A stretch of 64,000 nucleotides of DNA, from assembly GCF_006345805.1 (NCBI RefSeq), contig NC_043016.1, forward strand, positions 9,238,001 to 9,302,000. The letters are read 5' to 3'. The notes below the pieces were generated by a model that saw only the letters and a list, made by a program, of their open reading frames with translations, had not been told where the DNA came from and ran no database searches. Below, in pieces: positions 25,003-37,669 of this stretch (position 1 is the first letter of the stretch; each line of letters starts with the position of its first letter). A program made the translations under genes and the position numbers. The DNA is from Octopus sinensis (Eukaryota).

Positions 25003-26508
25003 ACTGTGCAATGGGACCCACTTGGTAGTCAAGTCCTTGACGCTCCACTTTATTGAGGTTATCATTGTTACAGGGTGCAGGAAGAGGGAAATGTTTGCAT
25101 TTGAAGGATGCACCTTTATCCCTCAGGGTCAGACATGTCATTTAACTTCTGCAGATCGCAGTTCCCACTGAGGCCATGCTTTGTCACGTCCATCAACAAA
25201 TCCCAAGGCCAAACACTATCGGTGACAGGCATCCATTTGGGGGAGCCGTGCTTTTCACATCGGCAACTTTATGTGGCCTGCTACTGTGTGGGGAGTAGAA
25301 ATACTCTTTCTGTGTATGCTCCTCAGGACAGAACACAATGTTGTCTATAGCAAAGTTTTATAGATGTAGAAAGAACAAGTCATCATTGCAACTGATGTTT
25401 CTTTAAACAGGTGATCTGGAAGCATTGGCCGGTCATATTCTCAAACCATAGCAACATGACTCATAGACTCTTCATCTTCTTTATTGGACAATGCTGACTT
25501 CTCCGACAACAATGCTCACTTGGCCTATATCAGCACTTGGCCAGGTTGCTCATAGAGTTAGGCTAGAATGGTCAGGCCTCTTATTTTTTTAAGCTGTTGG
25601 TAAGTTTTCCTAAGTTACTCCAATGCAAACCTTCAATGCATCCTTAGCCAGTGCAAACCTTCGATGCAACCTTCTCCAATGCAGATCGCCAAGGCAACCT
25701 TCTCCAATGCATATCTTCAATGCAGCCTTGACTAATTGTACCCTTAGGAGGGGTTAGGACTAAATCGAGATTAGTCACTGCCTTTTAGAGGCTCCCGAGC
25801 CCCCCTTTCGCTAGGTTAGCTTAGGCTTAGTTGTGGTCTGAACATAACCTCTTCTGATACAGAGGATCGGGAGGCCTTTTGGGCATTCTATTTTCCTTGC
25901 TGGAAGGGCTCTCAACCCATGGGTGAAGGGGGTTTAGATGGTGGGGAGGGGTTTCGAAAAGGCCGGCATGTGCAACCTGATCACCTCTGCTGGTCAAACT
26001 TCCAACCCATGCGTTCCCATCACAACATTGATTCTGCAGAAAACCAACTTTAAAGTATAAATATAGATTTTTTTGAATTAGCAATGTTGTGTTCGGTTAA
26101 GTCTTATTTGGGGTGAAAAATCAATAAACCGATTCCTTATAGGATTTCCCACTAAAATTGGCTACACCCCATTTTCAACCAGAATTTTTACCAATTTTGA
26201 CATATTTTGTTCAAACTTGATGCCAGTGTTATTTAGGACTCATAGACTCATAAGATCATTGAATGCTTTAAGTTTTCAAAAAAAAACCAAAAAAAAAAAA
26301 CCGATGAGTGGAAAAAATCGATAAACCGATTCTTTATGGGATTTCCAAATCAAATTGTCTGCAACCCATTTTCAGCCACACGTTTACCAATTTCAATGGA
26401 TTTTGCTAAAATATAACGACTGTGTTACTTAGTTTGGTTTGAAACAAAGCGCTTGATCAGCTTAATAAGCCTAACTTAAACCCGGGCAATGCCAGGCTAT
26501 ACTGCTAG
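25003..26508 (+). mobile_element. Helitron 3' part: PIF1-type helicase C-terminus, long 3' region, hairpin + CTAG
   Basis: KLCNGT..; SQFPLRPCFVTSINKSQGQTLSVTGIHLGEPCFSHRQLYVAC..VGS; CCCGGGCAATGCCAGG hairpin and CTAG|T at 26505-26509. Confidence 0.9.
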
Positions 26509-26568
26509 TAGATCTATATAATGTGTTTGTTCGTTTGCCTGTTATACATTAGTTACAGAGGTGGGGTA

Positions 26569-26611
<43 letters not shown>

Positions 26612-26769
26612 GAGGGAGGAGTGAAGAAAGAAGATGGGAAGAAGTAGAGAAAGGTGACTAATATTAATACACTTAGGCCAAATGGTCAAACTGAAGGTAG
26701 AAGGAAGCAAAGAATGTGAGAAAAAGATGGAAAGAGAAGTGTTAACAACTTGTGGTCAGGTGAGGAAGG

Positions 26770-27175
26770 AATACCTATTTCTTTACTACCCACAAGGAGC
26801 TAAACACAGAAGGGACAATCAAGGACAGACAAAGGGATTAAGTCGATTATATCGACCCCAGTGCGTAACTGGTACTTATTTAATTAACCCTGAAAGGATG
26901 AAAGGCAAAATTGACCTCGGCGGAATTTGAACTCAGAATGCAGCTGCAGACAAAATACCTATTTCTTTACTACCCACAAGGGGTTAAACACAGAGAAGAC
27001 AAACAAGGATAGACAAACGGATTAAGTCGATTACATCGACCCCAGTGCATAACTGGTACTTATTTAATCAACCCTGAAAGGATGAAAGGCAAAGTCGACC
27101 TCGGCGGAATTTGAACTCAGAACGTAGCAGCAGACGAAATACCGCTTAGCATTTTGCCCAGTGCACTAACGATTA
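26770..27175 (-). mobile_element. Nin-domain SINE dimer
   Basis: Two body units with the same junction (AATACCTATTTC on +). Confidence 0.8.
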
Positions 27176-27821
27176 TGTAGTTAAAAAAGCTGTCGAAAAG
27201 ATAGAGATGAATAGGAGAGGCAATTATATTGAGAGCACGAGAGAGGCAGATGGTAGTGGTGGTGGTGGTGATTTATTGACAGTAGAAAGTACTTTTTTTT
27301 ATTGAACTAATTGTTTTATATAGTGACCATCACTTAAATTATGTGCATAAGTGCAATTAATTATTATCTGCTCACTTAAAAAAAACCAATATTTGTTTAT
27401 AAAAAAAGCACCATCCGTATGCAGCCAATACGAGTGCCGCCTTGACTGGCTTCCGTACCGGGGGCACGTAAAAAGCACCAACCAATCATGGCCGTTGCCA
27501 GCCTCCCCTGGCACCTGTGCCGGTGGCACGTAAAAAGCACCATCCATACATGGTCGATGCCAGCACCACCTTGACTGGCTTCCGTGTCGGTGGCATGTAA
27601 AAAGTGCCAACTGACTGTGACTGTTGCCAGCCTCCCCTGGCACCTGTGCCAGTGGCATGTAAAAAGCACCCACTATACTCACGGAGTGGTTGGCATTAGG
27701 AAGGGCATCCAGCTGTAGAAACACTGCCAGATCAGACTGGAGCCTGGTGCAGCCTTCTGGCTTCCCAGACCCCAGTCGAACCGTCCAACCCATGCTAGCA
27801 CGGAAAAACGGACGTTAAACA

Positions 27822-27867
<46 letters not shown>

Positions 27868-29271
27868 CCATCACTTAAATCATGTGCATAAGTGCAATTA
27901 ATTATTGTCTGCTCACTTAAGAAAAAACTAATATTTGTTTATAGGTGCAGGAGTGTCTGTGTGGTATGTAGCTTGCTTACCAACCACATGGTTCTTGGTT
28001 CAGTCCCACTGCGTGGCATCTTGGGCAAGTGTCTTCTGCTATAGCCCCGGACCGACCAATGCCTTGTGGGTGGATTTGGTAGACGGAGACTGAAAGAGGC
28101 CTGTCGTATATATGTATATGTATATATATGTTTGTGTGTATGTTTGTGTGTCTGTGTTTGTCCCCCTAGCATTGCTTGACAACCGATGCTGGTGTGTTTA
28201 CATCCCCGTAACATTAGCAGTTCAGCAAAAGACACCAATAGAATAAGTACTGGGCTTACAAAGAATAAGTCCCGGGGTCGATTTGCTCGACTAAAGGCGG
28301 TGCTCCAGCATGGCCACAGTCAAAAGACTGAAACAAGTAAAAGAGTAAAAGAGTAAGGGTTAATTTAACCTAAACTTTGTATTCACAAGAAGCATGGCTA
28401 CCAGCTGCATGAGAAAGGATGCGCGGATTGGAGCATGAATCAGAGAGGAACAGCAAGAAAATATACTAAAAAAAGGAAAAGACAACACCGACAGAGACAT
28501 GAGAAAATGAATGTAGACGAACATCAAGAGTATTTAAAGAAAGCTGAAATATGAATGGTATAAATATGAAAAACACCCCTTCTTTCTTAAATAGGTCCTC
28601 TTAATGTTTTTCCATTTCATGGAAGGTTGGTGGGTCCCACTAGGGTAACCTGCACGATTTTCACTAAGAAAGAAAGGAAAAAGAAAACTCAGATTTTTTG
28701 TGTGGAATCAAGTACCCTGACATCCTGATATGCTGCAAATTCCTTGTTTTGGTTCGGAAGAAGGCGGGGCGGGGGGACTGCCATCCCTCCCATCCCAGAA
28801 TCATTGAACTTTTTTTTTCTATTTGTCGTTAAATGAATTCCCTATGACCACCTGATATACTACAAAAACTCTTTTTGGGGTCTGAAAAACGAGGTGGGGT
28901 GAGGTGGAAGCCTCGGAAAATCTACCCCCCCCCCCGCCCCACCTCCAATGATCTTTTCACCTGCACGACTTTCATTAAATAAAAAATTAAATAAATAAAA
29001 ATCACACTCAAACTAATTTTTGTGTGTGAGAGTGGGAGAAAGATGAACAATTTAAAATAAATATATCTTAATTGTTGTGCGAGAAAGTATATATATTCTA
29101 ATGATAAAATATAGTATCTTTCAGAAACATCCTAAATTTATAGACTATATCTTGAGTGTTTAAGAAAAAAAAAACATTTTACAGAAATAAATTTTCCAGA
29201 GTATGAATTATATGGTTCGTTATTAAATATATCCCCCTCTCACCTCCTTTTTCTGAACCAAAATAAAGGAT

Positions 29272-30148
29272 CTGCAGCATATTAGGAGGTCAGGGTACTT
29301 GACTGTTTATCATCACGAACCTATCCTCAGTGAGTATACTGGAAGTGCGTTACCTAGTAACGATCTTCTGGCCAAGAAGGACCAGGCTGTTGCTCAACCT
29401 GCTCCATACTTGTTCACACCTCCTGTTCACTCAGGTTTGACCGGTCATCATATTCTTAATGTTCAATCATTCCACAAGGAACAGTTGCATCAACTGTTTA
29501 ATCAGGCTCATAATTACCGGATGTCTTAGATAACTTAGATATGTTTCGACCAAAGATTGATCCAGGCCATGTCTAACTTAATAGCACCACCTGATAGGAA
29601 TATGTGAATCCTGTTTAAGTCAAGTTTTGTTCAAGTAGTGAGTTCTTGTTGGGTGAGTAGTATCCAATTATGGGTGGCTTATCTGGTATTCCTTGAAGGA
29701 ATCTATCCAGACTCCGTTTAAAGTTGATGGGACCCTTTTCCTCTTTGATCTCTTTCGGGTCAATGTTAAATAGGGCAGGGCCTGTTGAGGAAAAGAAATT
29801 ATGTTGCAGTGTACATGTATGTTGTGATCTTGAATTGGGCAGGGGACGTATGGCCCGTGGTCCCAGTCTTGGATGAACCTTGAAGCTAATGTTAAGGTCG
29901 TTTGGGCAAAGTTGGCGGTATATTCTCCACATCGTACAAATGATGTACCGCTCACGGCGACGCTGGAGAGAGTAGAGTTTCAAGGTTTTAAGGCTATCCC
30001 AATAATCGAGAGCAGCCATGCCTTCAATTCGTTTAGTGAGTGCCCTCTGGGGTGACTCAATCCTGGAGATATTTTGTCTTGTATGGGGAGACCACAGTGG
30101 GCAGCAGTATTCAAGGTGTGGAGAGATAGGGCTCTTGATCATATACTT
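29272..30148 (+). pseudogene. CAD: CAD (linker/start of aspartate transcarbamylase domain) gene relic split by a LINE; CAD pieces about 29272-29526 and 30116-30148
   Basis: HSGLTGHHILNVQSFHKEQLHQLFNQAHNYRMS matches human CAD [32 protein letters not shown]. Across the LINE the frame resumes VWRDRALDHIL (cf. VQKERSLD(H)IL), then TAA with no donor. No other CAD exons recognised in the window. Confidence 0.82.
29527..30121 (-). mobile_element. CR1/L2-type LINE, 5'-truncated 3' end
   Basis: PHLEYCCPLWSPH...LKLYSLQRRRERY...FKRSLDRFLQGIPDKP C-terminal motifs; short 3' UTR ending in ATCTAAGTTATCTAAG repeat tail. Confidence 0.9.
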
Positions 30149-30821
30149 TAATTCCACGCAAAAAATTTGAGCTTTTTTTTGTCTTAGTGAAAATCGTGTG
30201 GGTGTTAATATAAAAATTTACCGAATTTTTATGTTTTTTCTTTCATTATCCAACAGTTGAATATAAGATTTTCTCTGATAATATTTCTTCTTAGCATTCT
30301 TTTTGTAGGCATCTTGTGTTCTGGAGATATTTCTTAGTTCACTTTGAATCGCACCAAACTGGTGGTGTAATACAACTGTTCATAAAGCCATAAATACTAA
30401 AAGACAGTCATTTAAAGACTAGGGAAAAGAAATCAACAAAGAACTATGTTATGCCACTAAGTGATATACTAAATCAAGGATTCTCAAACATCTATTATCT
30501 ATGGACTCCTTTCATTATTATTTTATTCTGGTGGATCCCCGTGGCCATTTGCTGTTTAAAAACTAGTTTAGAGAGTAAAAAAAGAAATTCTAGATAAGGA
30601 AAGGCTTCAAAGTGAAGACTAAAATTTTAGTAAGTTGAAACAAAAACAGGATCTATTAAGTAAATAGCTATTTTTGATATGAAGAAAAGAAGTAGAGAGA
30701 AGCACTGTACATGCAGAAAAGGTGTGCTGGGATTACATGCAAGCTGAAAATGAACGCAGACTTTGTATGAAGCAGATATACAGAAGTAGTTAGTTGTTTG
30801 AACAGAAGTAATAAAAATTTG

Positions 30822-31240
30822 GGATCTTTTTGGTTTGAACGGCAGTTTTTTCTAGCGGTGTCATATGAAATTGTCACCCATAATTATGACCCTAGTATCG
30901 ATCTATTGCATTTCAATCTGTTTTAGGGTTAGGGTTAGGGTTAGGGGTGGGAGAAGGGTATCTTTTTTCTTCACAAATGTAAATAAACCCAATCTGTTTC
31001 TTAAATGAGGGACATATTCATACGGCACAGAATGTTGTTTACCTCAATGGACATCAGTGATTGGTTGAAATTGCAGAAATTGAAGAAAAAACAACAAATA
31101 TCTTACAAACTATAGAATTTTCTCAATAAAGCCAAGAGAAAAATATGTTTTATAAACACATTCTACCAGTATACGAAGTTTAAAAGTGTTTAGTTACCTA
31201 GAAATTATATTAAAAATTGCCGTTCAAACTGAAAAGATCC
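30822..31240 (+). mobile_element. Same MITE, 8-bp TSD AAAATTTG
   Basis: TSD 30814-30821/31241-31248. Confidence 0.9.
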
Positions 31241-31641
31241 AAAATTTGTTTTAAAGCTTGGAAGGTTCCATAAGAATAGTTAACTTCCCTTATCAAGATA
31301 ATCTAAACAGTTGTGAAGTGGTGTCCTCAGAAAGCATAGCTGTGAGAATAAGAACAGAGGTTGAAGGAGGAGCTATTATCTTTGCTAACCTCAAAGGAAT
31401 TCTTTCTTCTAGTGAAGAGTAGATTATCTCTTGACTGTGTGGGAGTCTGATGTTTTATGATAGAGGAACTGTATGATGATAGTGAATGCTGTATGATAGG
31501 ATACTGAACATAGAAGTCTAAAATTAGAGAGAAATACCGTAAGGTTACTAGGCTGAGGGATGGAATACAGATGAATCGAAAAATAGACTGGGTATAAAGG
31601 AAAACAGATGTTTATAGCATGCAACCGGAATTTAATGCATA

Positions 31642-32025
31642 TCTTTATTTATAAAAGTGAGGTTGTGTACTGTCTGTCTCCTACGATTTAGATTCCTAAC
31701 TACTCCCACATTTTGCGGTGCAGTTTAACCAAAACAGGGTATCTTATAGTCGTGATTCATATCGTATTAGCGCGCGTCTACGATGAGTCTATGATTTAAA
31801 AAAAAATTTACCATCAATTTTTCCCATTTTAATGCATTTTTGGCATATTATGAGGGAAGTAACTCTCTAAAAGTTTATTATTAAATCTCAGAACGTAAAA
31901 AGCTACAGTAACACCCCCCCTTTGTGGTTAGCCATATTGAGATGGCTATTATACTTTACATCTCTAAAAATGCTTATATAGTTATTTCCCTTACAAACCC
32001 GAGCAACGCCGGGCGATACTGCTAG
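31642..32025 (+). mobile_element. Non-autonomous Helitron, family H2, inside an old RTE remnant
   Basis: A|TC...CCCGAGCAACGCCGGG..CTAG|T; homologous to 14832-15220. Confidence 0.85.
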
Positions 32026-33040
32026 TGGATTATAAGAAACAGGTAAAGAAGTGCAAAGAAATGTAAAAGGAAGGTTAAGTGTAGAAGCAGCAGACCAAAG
32101 ATATGGTCAGATGCTATAAAAGCTGATTGAGAGTCATATCAGGCCTCAAATTGGACGTCCTTGCACTGTTCTAAAAGTCCCAGCTGTGTCATCTTTAAGT
32201 GCAACACCCTAACCACCAAGCTGTGTGTGTGTGTGTGTGTAGGCGAAGTAAAGAATATGCACACTAGTGTTTAGGGTTACACCAAAAACGGGTGGTGTGT
32301 GTATTCTTTACCTCTGCCTATAAATATATATATATATAACTAATGTAGGATAAAATTTTTTACGGGAAAAAAATTTTATCAATGGCCAACATATCAAAAA
32401 ATACCTTTAAAGGTTAAATTTATCAATAATTTACAAAATAAGGGCAAAAGAAAAAAATTCTAATGCCAAATATGCTGAAAAAAAAGACAAAAATTGTCAA
32501 TAACCATTATAATTTATGTGTCTCGAAACAAACCGATAGAAATTTCTAAAAAATCCGTTATTACCGTATTGGTCCCAATTTTGGGGTTAATTCATAAGAA
32601 TTTTCCCCTCTTCAGCGATAAATACGTGAGATATAAGTGAAATACTTAATCATACCCTATATATGCATGTGTATATATATATATATAAAGAGTGTGATAG
32701 AATAAGTATCATCATCATCATCATTGTTTAATGTCCGCTTTCCATGATAGCATGGGTTGTACGGTCCGACTGGGGTCTGGGAAGCCAGGAGGCTGCACCG
32801 AGCCCAGTCTGATCTGGCTGAGTTTCAACAGATGGATGCCCTTCCTAACGCCAACCACTCTGTGAGTGTAGTGGGTGCTTTTTACGTGCCACCGGCACAG
32901 TTGCCAGGTGAGGCTGGCAATGGCCATGATCGGTTGGTGCTTTTTATGTGCCAATGGCATGGAGGCCAGTTGAGGCGGCGCTGGCAACGGCCATGTACAG
33001 ATGGTTCTTTCATGTGCCACCGGCACTGGTATCACAACTA

Positions 33041-33272
33041 TTGGTGGTGAGCTGGCAGAAACGTTAGCACGCCGGGCGAAATGCTTACCGGTATTTTGTC
33101 TGTCGCTACATTCTAAGTTCAAATCCCGCCGAGGTCGACTTGCCTTTCATCCTTTCAGGGTCGATAAATTAAGTACCAGTTACGCACTGGGGTCGATGTA
33201 ATCGGCTTAATACCTACGTCTGTCCTTGTTTGTCCCCTCTATGTTTAGCCCCTTGTGGGTAATAAAGAAATA
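33041..33272 (+). mobile_element. Nin-domain SINE inserted in an RTE 3' UTR
   Basis: 13-bp TSD GGTATCACAACTA 33028-33040/33273-33285. Confidence 0.9.
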
Positions 33273-33724
33273 GGTATCACAACTACAACTTCCATTGATT
33301 TTTGATCAATTTCGATTTCACTTGCCTCATCAGGTCTTTGCAAGCAGCAAGCTTAAAAAAAAAAAAGTACTGAGATCAATTTATTTGAATAAAATTCCCC
33401 AGCATGACTGCAGTCTGACTGAAACAAGTTAAAAAACTTCACATCATGCCCCTATTTCTCTACAACATTGTTATTATAATGCTGCTCTCTGCACTGCCTT
33501 TCTTTTTTTATTTCCACTAATCACCTCCTCCTTCTTGACCCATTTACTATTCCTTACACTTTCTCCACCAAAACTTGTATTGACCATTAACTATACATCC
33601 AGCCACATCACATACATTTACTTCCTCTCCATTTAAGTTTGTCACACTTAATCACTTACCCACCCACTCTTCCTGATTGTCTTTTATATTCACCTTCATG
33701 TACCTTAAAGGTATATCCTGACAC

Positions 33725-34140
33725 AAGGCGGTGAGCTGGCAGAATTGTTAGCATGCCGGGCGAAATGCTTCGTGGGATTTCATCTACCGCTACGTTCTGA
33801 GTTCAAATTCCGCCGAGGCCAACTTTGCCTTTCATCCTTTCGGGATCGATAAATTAAGTACCAGTTACGCACTGGGGTCAATCTAATCGGCTTTATCCCT
33901 TTGTCTGTCCTTGTTTCTCCTCTCTGTGTTTAGTACCTTGTGGGTAGTAAAGAAATAGGTATTTCGTCTGTCTTTACGTTCTGAGTTCAAATTCCACCGA
34001 GGTCGACTTTACCTTTCATCCTTTCGGGGTCGATTAAATAAGTACCAGTTACACACTGGGGTTGATATAATCGACTTAATCCGTTTGTCTGTCCTTGTTT
34101 GTCGTCTCTGTGTTTAGCCCCTTGTGGGAAGTGAAGAAAT
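33725..34140 (+). mobile_element. Nin-domain SINE dimer with a single TSD pair
   Basis: 16-bp TSD AGGTATATCCTGACAC 33709-33724/34141-34156. Confidence 0.9.
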
Positions 34141-34586
34141 AGGTATATCCTGACACCCCTATCGCCCCCATCTTTTTTCTCTTTCTCGTAGTCGGGATAG
34201 CCATCTGTTTCTATTCCTCTATCATACTACAACTTATAAACACCTGGCACAAAAGCTGCCTCCCCCAGTATTACACTTTCACCACTCAACCAAGGGATCT
34301 TGCCTCCCAAGTTACTCAGTGTCTTAACTAATGCTGGTGCCATATCAAAAAGCAACCCATACATTCTGTAAAGTCGGTGGCACTAGGAAGAAAATCCAGC
34401 CATAGAAATCATGCGAAAGCAGACAATGGGGTAAATCTGTCCTGCGATTTGTTGGAACAGGTCAAATCATCCAGCCTATGCCAGCATGGAAGACCTACAC
34501 TAACTGATGATGATGATCAGAGAGAAAATGGCTGTTGTGTATTGAACTCCTAATGAATATATAACAAATGCCCTAAATTTGTTTAA

Positions 34587-35054
34587 CCCTTTTGTTACTG
34601 TATTTATTTTGAGATGCTCTGTGTTTCTCTCAATTAATTTTAGATATAACAAAGAATTTAGTAAAATAATTTAGTTATCATTAAGCTTGTGTTAGGATCA
34701 TAAACTGTGACTAAGGTTTGGTGGAAGATTTTAATTAAAAACTTATGGAAACAAGACATTTGTACTCAGAGCCAGTTTCAGCCAGGTTAGTATCAAAAGG
34801 GTTAAGAATTGTTTCTCTATTATATATTTTAACCCTTTCGTTACTGTATTTATTTTGAGATGCTTTGTGTTTCTTTCAATTAATTTAAAATATAACAAAG
34901 AATTTAGTAAAATAACATAGTTATCATTAAGCTAGTGTTAGGATCATAAATTGTGACTAAGGTTTGGTGGAAGATTTTAATTCAAAACTTATGGAAACAA
35001 GACATTTGTACTACAGAGCCAGAAGCGGATTCAGCCGGTTTGGTAAGGAAAGGG
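34587..35054. mobile_element. Two adjacent piggyBac-like MITE copies
   Basis: Each TTAA-flanked (34583-86/34802-05; 34829-32/35055-58). Confidence 0.85.
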
Positions 35055-36841
35055 TTAAATAGTTAAAAACTGCCAGTCACATGGCATGCATGAGTTCTAT
35101 GTCCGTTTTTTTTTTGGTTTTTTTTTTTCTTCTTCTGTATATTGCAATTAAAATAAACGGACACACGATTCCATCGCTACAGGATCACGGCCGATGTTTT
35201 TACCCTTTCTCATACGTTCTGCTGTTAGTTGTACCTCCACTAGAGCAAAATAGAAATTCGCAGTTTACAGCTATTTGATCCTTGTTCCAAAATAAGCTTT
35301 GCCGAGGAAGACTAATAAGAATGAAACATGTCCCACTGAAAGCTCTGATCAATTCAGTTTTATTACACGAATAAAGCACATATTCAAAATTCAATAGATT
35401 CATATTTTGGGTATGTGCACGTAAGCATTTTGTAAATTCTGAAATTCTGATATTTAAAACATTAAAATCTGAAAATAGTGCGATAAAAATGTTAGAGACA
35501 GGGACTGCATTTGGCATGTATATGTTTTCAAAACCCTAGCTGGTTGCTAACGATCGTAATTTGTAGTTTGTGTATAGAATATGTTTGTTTCCCCCCCCCC
35601 CCTCCCACCAAATCAGAAAAAGAATGAGGGCATACCTACACAAGTGTGTCCCACAGACTTTGCTTCCCCGTAGCTTTTTTTAAAAAAAGAGGCTATTTTT
35701 CATCTTATATCTTTTACTTGTTTGTCATTAGACTACGGTCATGCTGGAGCATTGCTTTGTTGGGTTCAGTCGAAATAAACAGTATTTATTCTTTTTTTTT
35801 TAGGTCTGGTACTTAATCTATCGGTCTCTTTGTCGAACCGCCATGTTACGGAGACGTAAACAAATTAGCACCGGTTCTCAAGCGGTGGTGGGAGAAACAC
35901 ACACGTGTCAATTGCGCATATATGTACGAGGCGGGCTTCTTTCAGTTTCCAGTTTTTGGAATTTAATGTGAAAAATGCAACTCGAAATTTAAGAAAAATT
36001 ATTTGAAAAAGATTTCATTAAGATAATATCCTTTTTTTCTTTCTTTCTGTAAGTTATTTGGAAACAGTCGAGGGAATGCACTTCTGTAGTTATGTTAGAG
36101 AAGGGTGAGATCACGCATCGGAACTCTCAACTTGTTCCAAAACAAAAAAATATACATACGAAAACCGAAGATAAACAAAAAGTGATGCGGGATAAGATCT
36201 GAAAACTTTTTTTTTTTCTTTTTCTTTTAATTATAAGTACGTTCTCCAAAATATTAAGGAAGAAATATATCGAAGTAGTAATATTTAGACATGGTGTGAA
36301 TGCAGAAAGAACCACTTGTTATATGACCAAGTTCTTTTTCCTGATAATAAACTATCTACGAGTCTAAATGGTTGGATAGTGAACATTTTTTTTTTTAAAG
36401 AAAATTTTACAGATTCTCGTTTTTGGATTTGGTTTGCAAGATTCTTTATATGAGTTCGTGTGTTGAAGCATATTCTGTTGTGTCTGGGGAGAGTCATTTT
36501 CTTTTGGTGCCTTATTATTTAACACACTCACCGGTAAAATTTCCGTTTATTCCTTATTTTTATTTTCTAAAATTTTCGTTGCGTCTTGCAACATTTTCAA
36601 TAGTCTTGATTCAGATTCTGAATTTCTGATACGCAAACCATAAAAATCCGAACAGAATTTTTTTAAAGGTACAGTAAAGTAGAATCTAATTGGGTATGAT
36701 CGCAAAGTTCGCCAAAAGTAATTAAAACATTTGAGATGCGAATGTAATTATAGAGAAGAGGAAGGAGAAGAAGAAAGAATAAAGAATCCGCTCGATGCCA
36801 AATGAATGAAACGAGAATTATCTCCCTTGGTTGTATCTACG

Positions 36842-36946
36842 ATGGCTGATATCTTCAGGACGCTCGCAGAAGAAGGTATTCAAAAGAGGATTCTTTTCGC
36901 TGGTCAAGGCGAAATTCCTGACTATGCAGACGGTAAAGGATGGAAG
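36842..36946 (+). CDS. AIP: AIP (AH receptor-interacting protein / FKBP-like co-chaperone) coding exon 1
   Basis: ATG in strong context (tacgATGG); translates MADIFRTLAEEGIQKRILFAGQGEIPDYADGKGWK, matching human AIP N-terminus [33 protein letters not shown]; ends at phase-0 donor AAG|GTATTA (36947). Too short to be in the ORF track. Confidence 0.93.
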
Positions 36947-37669
36947 GTATTAATTTTATTTTAAATCGAAACAAGTTTCGGTAAACGATCAGTTACCATA
37001 TGTAAGAAAAAAACCAAAAAAAAAAAAAAACAAACCAATACGACTTTCGCTTTAGATTGGAATAAAAAAACCAAACCAGTTTCGCAAAAAAAAGAAAAGA
37101 CAGAACACCTTAGTAGAGAAAGACAAGGCATTTTTAAATCTTTTAATGTTAATTTCTACTTTATACATAATTTTTTTTTTTTACACAGTTGTATATAATA
37201 CGGATCTTATCTATTTACTTTCGCCACCGAATATTTGCCTTTTTTTTGTTCCTTGTCAGAATTTCATTCGCAGCTGGAATGCTTTGTAGGAATACGAGAT
37301 TATCGAATACTTACATGCATTTTAATACCTGATCGTAACCTTTTAACCAAAGATTTTTGATTAAAAACAACAAAAAGAGCCCTTTTTGTTGTCACTTCTT
37401 ATTTAATAATTTTCAACTGTTGACTTTGCTCTGGCTTCCAACATTTCAAAACAGATGATGATTGTCATCTGTACCATGTTCTACGTCTCGAATCTCCCTC
37501 CTTAGTGGTTACAAGTTCAGCTTTCATAAAGCCAAATCTACTAGAAACCTAGTCTTGCATGTCATTTTCCTGAGGGTCCTCGCCTGAGAAATTCGGTGTA
37601 AACAATGTTGTCGCATTTCATCCATTTTGCTACCAAAACGACTTGTACGTTCAGTCCATCTCTCGTCTT

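Noticed and set aside
30215-30365. Lys-rich minus-strand frame GAIQSELRNISRTQDAYKKNAKKKYYQRK
   Set aside because: Short, bounded by stops, no recognisable family; could not be linked to CAD or any gene.
35200-35517. 105-aa minus-strand ORF upstream of AIP (possible divergent gene)
   Set aside because: No recognisable motif, no convincing splice partners; ORF length compatible with chance. BLASTX or RNA-seq needed.
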